Origin: Acidimicrobiaceae bacterium
GTDB lineage: Bacteria > Actinomycetota > Acidimicrobiia > Acidimicrobiales > MedAcidi-G1
Assembly (NCBI GenBank): GCA_002727895.1
Contig: PBUO01000057.1
Span: 18,157 to 63,673, forward strand
Reading direction: 5' to 3'
DNA: 45,517 nt
Below the pieces are notes generated by a model that saw nothing but the letters and a program-made list of their open reading frames with translations, was not told where the DNA came from and did not search any database. The position numbers were made by a program, and so were the translations under genes. This document shows, piece by piece, positions 16,810 through 24,444 of this stretch; within the stretch, counting starts at the first letter, position 1; each line of letters opens with the position of its first letter.

Positions 16810-17747
16810 GCGGCCGACCTCTCTGGCTGGTCGGAGCCGGTCCGATGGCTCAGGCCTACTCCAGGGTGCTCGACGACTTAAGCGTCGATCATCAGGTCAT
16901 AGGCCGCGGCACGGGTTCCGCCACGGCGTTCGAATCTGCCACTGGACATGCCGTTAGGCCCGGTGGGGTGGAGCGAGCGATCGGCGACTCGTCGGTGCCG
17001 GACACGGCGATCGTCGCCGTGTCTGTCGATCAGTTGGCCCAGACCGCCAGTCAGCTCCTCCGGGCTGGGGTCCGCCGAATCCTCCTTGAAAAGCCCGCCG
17101 GGCTCTCCTGCGATGAAGTCCGCCCAGTCCGCGCAGATGCCTCGAATGGGGCTGTGGTGGTGGCCTACAACCGCCGCCATTACGCCTCGGTCCGGGCTGC
17201 GCGGGCAGCCATCGCTGAGGACGGCGGAGTCTGCAGCTTCTCGTTCGAGGTCACCGAATGGCCCCATGCCACTGAGCCGACCCAAGTCGGTCCGACTATC
17301 CGACGTCGATGGTTCATCGCCCAGACCTCCCATGTGGTGGACCTCGCGTTCCACCTCGGAGGCCGCCCGGCGAACTGGACATGCCACTCAGCCGGATCCC
17401 TGACCTGGCACCCAGAGTCGGCCCGTTACAGCGGCGCGGGGACGACCATCGCCGGTGCCACCTTCGGCTACCACGGCGATTGGGAAGCACCGGGGCGTTG
17501 GGCGGTCGAGATCCTCACCCGTCATCGACGGCTCATCCTCCGACCCCTGGAGGAACTTCGCTCCATTCCCATGGGTTCCCACGAGGTCGAGATCGTCACC
17601 CTTGATGACGACCTCGACCGGACGTTCAAGCCAGGCGTCCACCGACAGGCAACCGCATTCCTGGACGGCGACGACTCAGTGGCCTGCCTCCTCGACGAGC
17701 ACATGGCCAACATGGAGATCTTCGAGCGTATGGCGGGCTACCGATGA
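16806..17747 (+). CDS. Gfo/Idh/MocA-like oxidoreductase
   Basis: 313-aa ORF with LWLVGAGPMAQAY (GxGxxA) and ILLEKPAG. GTGA overlap at 16806-16809. Confidence 0.65.
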   Translation: MSGRPLWLVGAGPMAQAYSRVLDDLSVDHQVIGRGTGSATAFESATGHAVRPGGVERAIGDSSVPDTAIVAVSVDQLAQTASQLLRAGVRRILLEKPAGLSCDEVRPVRADASNGAVVVAYNRRHYASVRAARAAIAEDGGVCSFSFEVTEWPHATEPTQVGPTIRRRWFIAQTSHVVDLAFHLGGRPANWTCHSAGSLTWHPESARYSGAGTTIAGATFGYHGDWEAPGRWAVEILTRHRRLILRPLEELRSIPMGSHEVEIVTLDDDLDRTFKPGVHRQATAFLDGDDSVACLLDEHMANMEIFERMAGYR

Positions 17748-18484
17748 CGGGGACCGTCGCACTGATCCCCGCCCGGTCGGGTTCCAAGGGCGTGCCCGCG
17801 AAGAACATCCGCCCTCTCGGTGGCCGTCCTCTCCTCGCCTGGACGATCGCTGCCGCTCTCAGATCCGCTTCGATTGACCGCGTAATCGTCTCCACCGACT
17901 CTGAGGAGTACGCCGAATTGGCCCTTGACCACGGCGCCGAGGTCCCGTTTCTCCGGCCGGCGGAACTTGCTAGCGACCACTCGCGCGATGTCGAGTTCAT
18001 CCTCCACGCCCTCGACTGGCTCATCAAAAACGAAGGTGTCGAACCCGAACTCCTGGTCCACCTTAGGCCCACCACTCCGTTCCGGTCCCCGACCGACCTC
18101 GACGCCGCGGTAGACCTAATGCGGACGGCGACCAGCGAAACCAACCAGACGCCCTCCGCTGTGCGATCGGTCCATGAAATGTCGACCACCGCCTACAAGT
18201 GCATGGAGATCGATGGCGGCCTGCTGCGCCAAGTGGGCGCTCCCACCACGGCTCTGGACCGGGCTAACGACCCCCGGCAGGATTTCCCGGTCACCTACCT
18301 TGCCAACGGATACGTGGACGTTCTCTCCACCGCATTCGTCCGTGCGACCGGTCTCCTCCATGGCGATCGCGTGGTTCCGTTCTTGACACCCCTCGCGCTG
18401 GAGGTCGACACCGAAGCTGACTTCGAGCTCCTCCAACGCCACTTCGATCTACACCCCGAATTGGCTGACCAACTGTTCGGCTGA
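17744..18484 (+). CDS. Acylneuraminate cytidylyltransferase family (CMP-nonulosonate synthetase, NeuA/LegF/PseF-like)
   Basis: 246-aa ORF with the signature ALIPARSGSKGVPAKNIRPLGGRPLLAWTI. ATGA overlap at 17744-17747. Confidence 0.9.
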   Translation: MTGTVALIPARSGSKGVPAKNIRPLGGRPLLAWTIAAALRSASIDRVIVSTDSEEYAELALDHGAEVPFLRPAELASDHSRDVEFILHALDWLIKNEGVEPELLVHLRPTTPFRSPTDLDAAVDLMRTATSETNQTPSAVRSVHEMSTTAYKCMEIDGGLLRQVGAPTTALDRANDPRQDFPVTYLANGYVDVLSTAFVRATGLLHGDRVVPFLTPLALEVDTEADFELLQRHFDLHPELADQLFG

Positions 18485-18623
18485 ACCACCGCATCTCGCT
18501 GGGAGCGAGCCTCCTACCCGGAGGGAGGTCGGTACCCTGTCGGAACGGGCAGGGCGACCGGGAGTCGGCCCACCAAGGTCTGACCACCGAATCGATGCCA
18601 GAGCGGAGAGCGAACGAGTAACT
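18485..18623 (+). promoter_or_regulatory. Structured 139-nt intra-operon spacer (possible leader or processing element)
   Basis: This is the only long gap inside the otherwise overlapping plus-strand operon. It holds four consecutive GC-rich inverted repeats: ctcgct-ggg-agcgag at 18495-18509, cctcc...ggagg at 18510-18528, ccctg...caggg at 18535-18554, and cgac-cggga-gtcg at 18555-18567. No U-tract follows any of them. Confidence 0.25.
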
Positions 18624-20870
18624 ATGAACCTCGACCGCGAGATGTCCCGCTACCTCGTCCTTGACGAGGAGTCGGTCCGGGTGGCCTTGGAGAAGATCGA
18701 CCGGAACGATGAGGGAGTTGCCGTCTGCGTCGACACCAGCGGCTTGCTGGTCGGGGTTCTAACCGACGGAGACCTTCGACGATGGCTAGTTGGCCAACCC
18801 TTGCCCAACCTCGACCAGCCTGTGGGCGGGATCGTCAACACCAGTCCGAGGACGGCCCGAATCGACGACGACGCCCGGCGGATCGAGTCCCGATTCGACC
18901 AGGACGTGCACCTGATCCCGCTGCTCGACGACGATGGCCGGTGCGTGGCCATCGCGCGACCGCGCTCTGCTCTCTATGCCCTAGGCGACCGAACGGTCGG
19001 CCCGGGCGCCCCCTGCCTCCTAATCGCGGAGATCGGCATCAACCACAACGGCAGTCTCGACCTTGCCTTCCGGATGATCGACGAGGCGGTCGAGGCCGGA
19101 GCGGACTGCGTCAAGTTCCAACTCCGTGACCTGTCATCCCTTTACTCCAACGCAGGAGATGCCTCCGACCACCGAGAAGACCTTGGCTCCCAGTACACCC
19201 TCGACCTGCTGACCCGCCACCAACTGACGGTCGACGAGATGTACCGGGCGCTGGACCACTGTCGGGACAGCGGGGTGATCCCACTGGTGACACCCTGGGA
19301 CGAGGCCAGCATGGAACGCCTGGAAGAATACGGAATCGACGGCTACAAGACCGCGTCGGCCGACTTCACAAACCACCCGTTCCTGCGCCGTCTAGCACGC
19401 ACCGGCAAACCCCTGATCTGTTCGACTGGAATGACCTCTCACAGCGAGGTCCGGGAGTCGGTCGACCTACTCATCAGCGAGGGCTCGCAGTTCGCCCTTC
19501 TCCACTGCAACTCCACGTATCCAGCACCATTCAAGGATGTCAACCTCCGATACATGGAGACCCTCCGTGAGATCGGCGGATGTCCCACTGGCTACTCCAG
19601 CCACGATCGGGGTATCAACGTCTGCGTCGCCGCCGTCGCCCTAGGTGCCGACATCATCGAGAAGCACTTCACGCTGGATAAGGAGATGGAGGGGAACGAC
19701 CACCGCGTGAGCCTCCTACCCGGCGAATTTGCGGCCCTTGTGACGGGGATCCGGGAGGTAGAGGAGGCGAAGGGGTCTCCGGGCGGACGGTCGCTGACCC
19801 AGGGCGAGATGATGAATCGGGAGTCTCTAGGCAAGAGCCTGATGGTGAATATGTATCTTGAGCCGGGGACGGTCATCGAGGAGCACATGCTCGATATCCG
19901 AAGTCCGGGAAGGGGCCTTCAGCCCAACCGCCTCGCCGAGGTCGTCGGCCTCCCGGCCCGTCGACCACTTAAACCCGGCGACGTCCTTTACCCCTCGGAC
20001 GTCAGCGGGGCCTCGGCAGTCGCGAGGGAGTACTCGTTTGATCGCCCCATGGGTATCCCCGTCCGCTACCACGATCTTGCAGACCTGGAGCCGCTGTCCA
20101 ACTTCGATTTCCTAGAGTTCCACCTGAGCTACAAGGACCTCGACGTCGACGAATCGCTCTTCTTCGACCAGCCACTGGACCTCGACCTCGTGGTCCACTC
20201 CCCCGACCTGTTCGAAGGTGACCACCTCCTCGACCTGAGTTCGCCCGACCCCGACTACCGGGCAGTGTCGATGCGGCACCTCCAGCGGGTAGTCGACCTC
20301 ACCCGCCGACTCGCTCCCCGTTTCACCAGAGCAGACCGACCACTGGTAGTGGTGAGCGTGGGCGGCTTCACCCAACACGCTCCAGCCGACGAGAACGAGA
20401 AGGAGGAGCGCTACCGACGCGTGGCCGACGCCCTCGCCACCCTCGACCTTGACGGAGTCGAGGTTTTGCCCCAGACCATGCCTCCATTCCCCTGGTACTT
20501 CGGCGGGCAGAGGTTCATGAACCTTTTCATCGATCCGAAGGAAATAGCCGCCTTCTCCAGGGAACATGGCTACCGGGTCTGCTTCGACACCTCCCACTCG
20601 AAGTTGGCCTGCACCCACCACCACTGGTCGTTCAGCGAATTCGTCCAGACGGTGGCTCCCCACACCGCTCACCTCCATCTTGGCGACGCCGCAGGAGTCG
20701 ACGGCGAGGGACTCCAAGTCATGGACGGAGACATCGACTGGCGGATGCTCAGCACCGAACTCCGAAAGTTGGCTCCGGATGCCTCGTTCATCCCCGAAAT
20801 CTGGCAGGGCCACAAGAACAGCGGCCAGGGCTTCTGGCGAGCCCTCGAACTTCTGGAGCCCTACTTCTGA
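18624..20870 (+). CDS. Multidomain nonulosonate synthase: CBS pair + NeuB-type synthase + SAF + xylose-isomerase-like TIM barrel
   Basis: 748-aa uninterrupted ORF. The domains by residue range are:
- aa ~8-115: CBS-like.
- aa ~128-385: NeuB motifs LLIAEIGINHNG, CVKFQ, GYSSHD, EKHFTLD.
- aa ~398-460: SAF-like.
- aa ~470-748: AP_endonuc_2/xylose-isomerase-like pattern (CFDTSHS, HLHLGDA, IPEIW). Confidence 0.85.
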   Translation: MNLDREMSRYLVLDEESVRVALEKIDRNDEGVAVCVDTSGLLVGVLTDGDLRRWLVGQPLPNLDQPVGGIVNTSPRTARIDDDARRIESRFDQDVHLIPLLDDDGRCVAIARPRSALYALGDRTVGPGAPCLLIAEIGINHNGSLDLAFRMIDEAVEAGADCVKFQLRDLSSLYSNAGDASDHREDLGSQYTLDLLTRHQLTVDEMYRALDHCRDSGVIPLVTPWDEASMERLEEYGIDGYKTASADFTNHPFLRRLARTGKPLICSTGMTSHSEVRESVDLLISEGSQFALLHCNSTYPAPFKDVNLRYMETLREIGGCPTGYSSHDRGINVCVAAVALGADIIEKHFTLDKEMEGNDHRVSLLPGEFAALVTGIREVEEAKGSPGGRSLTQGEMMNRESLGKSLMVNMYLEPGTVIEEHMLDIRSPGRGLQPNRLAEVVGLPARRPLKPGDVLYPSDVSGASAVAREYSFDRPMGIPVRYHDLADLEPLSNFDFLEFHLSYKDLDVDESLFFDQPLDLDLVVHSPDLFEGDHLLDLSSPDPDYRAVSMRHLQRVVDLTRRLAPRFTRADRPLVVVSVGGFTQHAPADENEKEERYRRVADALATLDLDGVEVLPQTMPPFPWYFGGQRFMNLFIDPKEIAAFSREHGYRVCFDTSHSKLACTHHHWSFSEFVQTVAPHTAHLHLGDAAGVDGEGLQVMDGDIDWRMLSTELRKLAPDASFIPEIWQGHKNSGQGFWRALELLEPYF

Positions 20871-22117
20871 GCCCCTAATCTGAGCCCGACAGCCCCACGG
20901 AGGTCGTGGAACCGGGCGACGAGGTCCTCCACCTCGCTGAGTTCATCGATGGCCTCGGCCGGAACCACGAGCCCGTCAGCGGTGGCGCGGCGTAGGACAG
21001 TCGCCACAGGTCCGTAGTCACCCGGCGTGGATCGACCTGAGGCCTGCCGGAGCCTCTTGGCCCCCACCGTCACTCCGGCGGGGAGAGCACCCAAGAGGGA
21101 GCGGAGGCCAGACGCTGCGGAGCCCCGCCAGGTCCGTCCCTCGGGCACGGGATCGAGGTCTTCGTAGAGCCGATGGTTGCATTTGACGAACACCTCAGCA
21201 GCGGTGCGGACCACCTCAGCGCATCCGTCAGCGTCGAGTCCGAGTCCTTCGGCGGTCGAGTTTGAAATCGTCGCGACAAAGAGGGAGCGCTGTTCCGCGA
21301 ACTCTGGGCCGGCCCACCACTCGGGGAACCAGACCATCCCCTCCTTCTCCCCCTCGGCAACGGGTTGGATCGGGTGCTCGACGGAACGGAGCCACTGGAT
21401 GGCGTCCGAACTCACGAAGTCGCCGAGGAGGTGGACCACCATCGCTTGGTGGACCTCTGCAGCGTGACCCGAGTCGTAGTCCTCGACCGAACCCCATGAC
21501 CTCCGCCACACCGGGGTGCGGAGAACCGCGTAGCAAGTGGCCATGGTGTAGTCCCGGAAGGCGAGGCGAAAGCGCTCCTCGGGATCCGCCGACCTGACCG
21601 AAAAGCCGCCCATCGAGCGATACGTCCGATGGAAAGTGAGCCTGCGAAAGCCACCCGCCGGCAAGAAGGATACGACCTGGCCCATGCAACCGATCGCCTC
21701 AGGATCCTCGGCCAGAGTAGACAGAGCCACACGGAGTCCGCTCGGCAAATGGAACTCGTCGTCGCCGAGCATCACCGCGTAGGGGGTGGTGATCATCCTC
21801 CCCGCGAGACGAAGACGGGTCGACATCGAGCCGTTGTCGTGGATGTAGGTGATCCTCGGATGCTTGATAAGGGCGGATGTCACCCGATCCGGCAGAGACA
21901 CATCGGAGCCGTCGACGATCACGACGGATGCGCTCCGTCGCGCCCAATACCGGATCAGCCGTAGCAGGTAATCCTGGCGACGGTAGGAGGGCACCACTAC
22001 GGTGAGATCGGCCAGCCCGTCCTCCTCCGGCGGGACGAAGCCGTCCATCAGGACCTCTAGACACCAGTCCTCAACGGCGCGAGTCGTCGGAGTGAAGGGT
22101 CCCGGATCCGCGATCAC
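20861..22117 (-). CDS. GT-A-fold (GT2-like) glycosyltransferase-domain protein with an uncharacterised C-terminal half
   Basis: 418-aa ORF with LTVVVPSYRRQDYLLRLIRYW...VVIVDGS and a DxD-like MLGDDEF motif. The GTG at 22117 gives a GTGA overlap with the upstream stop. Its 3' end overlaps the convergent gene by 10 nt. Confidence 0.65.
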   Translation of the reverse strand: MIADPGPFTPTTRAVEDWCLEVLMDGFVPPEEDGLADLTVVVPSYRRQDYLLRLIRYWARRSASVVIVDGSDVSLPDRVTSALIKHPRITYIHDNGSMSTRLRLAGRMITTPYAVMLGDDEFHLPSGLRVALSTLAEDPEAIGCMGQVVSFLPAGGFRRLTFHRTYRSMGGFSVRSADPEERFRLAFRDYTMATCYAVLRTPVWRRSWGSVEDYDSGHAAEVHQAMVVHLLGDFVSSDAIQWLRSVEHPIQPVAEGEKEGMVWFPEWWAGPEFAEQRSLFVATISNSTAEGLGLDADGCAEVVRTAAEVFVKCNHRLYEDLDPVPEGRTWRGSAASGLRSLLGALPAGVTVGAKRLRQASGRSTPGDYGPVATVLRRATADGLVVPAEAIDELSEVEDLVARFHDLRGAVGLRLGAQK

Positions 22118-22740
22118 GGCGCTCCGCCCGGCGTCTCCACTCCGTAATGCCGCCGGACCTCGTCCAGTGCTTCAAGCAGCGATCCGTGGATTGACCGGTG
22201 GTTCTCGCTGGGCGGTAGGCCATAGTCGGCGCCAGCCTCGGCGAGGAAGACCATTCCGCAGCCTGCGGCCATCGCCGCCAGACAGTCGCGGGGATCGTCG
22301 CCGACGTAAAGAGTCCTCGCGAGATCTAGGTCATGATCTGCCGCTGCCTCGAGAAACATCCCAGGCGCAGGCTTCCTGCGTAGCGAATTCGAGTTCACTG
22401 GGTCCGGGCACATGTAGACGTCCAGGATCGTGATGCCCTCCCGCTCCAACTCAGCAACCATCCGCCGGTGGACCGACTCCAATTCCCTGGGATCCAAGGC
22501 GCCCGAGGCGATCCCGGCCTGATTGGTGATCACGATGAACTCGAAACCATCCTGGGCGAGGTGTCGCATGGCCTCGACGGTGTCCTCGCGGAAATCGAAC
22601 TCCTCCCACGACCCCACGTACCGCCCGCGACCCACTGACCGGTTGATGGTCCCGTCCCGATCCATCAGAAGGACACGTCGGCCGCCACCGTCCGCCCGGC
22701 TTCCGGGATGGGAGGCGCTGCCAGGAAGCCGATCGATCAC
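22114..22740 (-). CDS. HAD-IIIA phosphatase, GmhB-like (heptose 1,7-bisphosphate phosphatase family)
   Basis: The track ORF is trimmed to the GTG at 22740 (GTGA overlap). It has the motifs MDRDGTIN (DxDGT), ITNQAGI, RKPAPGM and YVGDDPRD. It lacks the Cys-rich zinc loop of E. coli GmhB. Confidence 0.75.
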   Translation of the reverse strand: MIDRLPGSASHPGSRADGGGRRVLLMDRDGTINRSVGRGRYVGSWEEFDFREDTVEAMRHLAQDGFEFIVITNQAGIASGALDPRELESVHRRMVAELEREGITILDVYMCPDPVNSNSLRRKPAPGMFLEAAADHDLDLARTLYVGDDPRDCLAAMAAGCGMVFLAEAGADYGLPPSENHRSIHGSLLEALDEVRRHYGVETPGGAP

Positions 22741-23276
22741 CGTGAGGCGGAGCGGAACGACCCCAACGCCCGGTCGCGTTCGGACACGACGGCCGGTTCG
22801 GCAGGCCATTCCACTCCGAGGTCAGGGTCGTCATAGCGGAAGCCCGTATATAGGTCTGGCCGATAGACGTCGCCCATCTGGTAGTGCACGATCGTGTCGT
22901 CCTCCAAGGTCATGAAACCGGTGGCACAGCCACTGGCCACAAGAACTGAGGTCCGGTCGCCGACCTCGAACCGGAAGGACTCATGAGCGCCATAGGTCGG
23001 CGAGTCGGGCCGGTTATCGACGATTACCACGACGGCTGCACCCGCGACCACTGTAAGGATCTTCTGTTCCGCAGAGGGTGCCTTCTGGTAGTGAAATCCC
23101 CGAAGAGTGTGCCGCCGGACGTTGAACGACACGTTGCTCTGGCAGATCTCGAAGTCAATCCCCTCGTTCGCCAGCGATTGGCGACAGTAGGACCTCCAGA
23201 ACTCGCCCCTACCATCCCTATGCACTTCCGGGCTGATCCGTAGTACCCCGTCGATTGAGGAGAGGGAGACTCTCAC
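22737..23276 (-). CDS. RmlC-like cupin (NDP-4-keto-6-deoxy-sugar 3,5-epimerase family)
   Basis: The track ORF is trimmed to the GTG at 23276 (GTGA overlap). It has the motifs DGRGEF, RGFHYQ, KILTVVAGAAVVVIVDNRPDSPTYG, GCATGF and DPDLGVEWP. Confidence 0.8.
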   Translation of the reverse strand: MRVSLSSIDGVLRISPEVHRDGRGEFWRSYCRQSLANEGIDFEICQSNVSFNVRRHTLRGFHYQKAPSAEQKILTVVAGAAVVVIVDNRPDSPTYGAHESFRFEVGDRTSVLVASGCATGFMTLEDDTIVHYQMGDVYRPDLYTGFRYDDPDLGVEWPAEPAVVSERDRALGSFRSASR

Positions 23277-24439
23277 GGCCTTACTCCCCGATCTCCCCTG
23301 CCGTCGGACATAAAACGATTTGGCTGGCCGTCCCATCGCGAGCCGATCAGAGCGACATCGAGCGTCCGATCAGCCACGAACTGGTGCTTCTCCAACTCGA
23401 TGAAGGTCTGGGTCGGCTCCTGCCAGGGGGTGAGCCGCTCTTCGTCCCACATCATCTCGTTCATCACCGGCCCGAGCGCCTCATAGGGGAGGCGGGAGAA
23501 GAAGGGAATGATGCACATCCCTCCTGCGCGAAACCAGAAAAAGAAGTCGCTCGCCATCACGAGCGCCGCGTCGCTGAGAAATCCTGGCGATTCGGGCTTC
23601 GAGAATGCCACGTCATCGATGTCCAGTTCGCCGACGAGATTCCGATAGTGCCGACAACCGGACTCGTCGGAGACCACAAGGATGCGATGATCGGGAAACC
23701 GCCTCTGAAGGTACTCATAGCCTGCAATGAACTCGTCGGATGTCGCCCTCCGGCCCTCGTCGATGCCCAGACGCGAGTACCGGCACTGCCACGAAACGTA
23801 AGGGCCGATGTCAAATCCGGAGGGACGGTGCGGCTCGAACTCAGCTGGTGAGAAGAGGGTGCGATCCACCACGCCACCATCGGCTTCGGCCATCAGAACG
23901 TTGAACACGTTGGCGCAATCGCGAAAGAAAGGGCGCCTGTCGCGAACAAAGTCTTCAAATAGTAGGTGGGTCCGGCCATGACCCTCCAAGACTGAAGGAA
24001 GGTCGTCTGGCGAGACCCTCCAGGCCCGCCCGACTTCCGGATCTAGAAGTGCCGACACGATTCCAATGAAGTCATCGAGGAGCTCGTCGACGTCCGAAGC
24101 AGCGTCGGAGCGACCGCTCCAATCCGCGCCCGGTTCGACGAAGACGAACTCGGTCCGAACATCATGCGCCACCACGAAGCGTGCAACGCCGAGCATATGG
24201 AGGAGGTCCCCGTAGCCGAGCCCAGTGACCTCCGTGTCAAAGACCAGAACAAAACGATCGAGGTCCCGGTCGATCGCCCGTCGAAGCCTTCCCGCCTCGT
24301 CTCGCGCCCACGCCATGCGCCGGCCGTCCTCTCCAGGTAGACCGTCGTAGACCGCTCGGGCCCGTGATAGGACGGCCTCACCACCAGGAACAGACTGGAG
24401 GGACCTCCTCACCGCCCGTCGAACAGCCCTCATGGACAT
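23273..24439 (-). CDS. Hypothetical protein (possible GT-B/GT9-like transferase)
   Basis: 388-aa ORF with an ATG start 5 nt below the upstream stop. I recognise no family. The C-terminal part (ILVVSDESGC...FLSDAALVMASDFFFWFRAGGMCIIPFFSRLPY) is reminiscent of the C-terminal lobe of heptosyltransferase-like GT-B enzymes. Confidence 0.5.
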   Translation of the reverse strand: MSMRAVRRAVRRSLQSVPGGEAVLSRARAVYDGLPGEDGRRMAWARDEAGRLRRAIDRDLDRFVLVFDTEVTGLGYGDLLHMLGVARFVVAHDVRTEFVFVEPGADWSGRSDAASDVDELLDDFIGIVSALLDPEVGRAWRVSPDDLPSVLEGHGRTHLLFEDFVRDRRPFFRDCANVFNVLMAEADGGVVDRTLFSPAEFEPHRPSGFDIGPYVSWQCRYSRLGIDEGRRATSDEFIAGYEYLQRRFPDHRILVVSDESGCRHYRNLVGELDIDDVAFSKPESPGFLSDAALVMASDFFFWFRAGGMCIIPFFSRLPYEALGPVMNEMMWDEERLTPWQEPTQTFIELEKHQFVADRTLDVALIGSRWDGQPNRFMSDGRGDRGVRP

Positions 24440-24444
24440 GGCCG

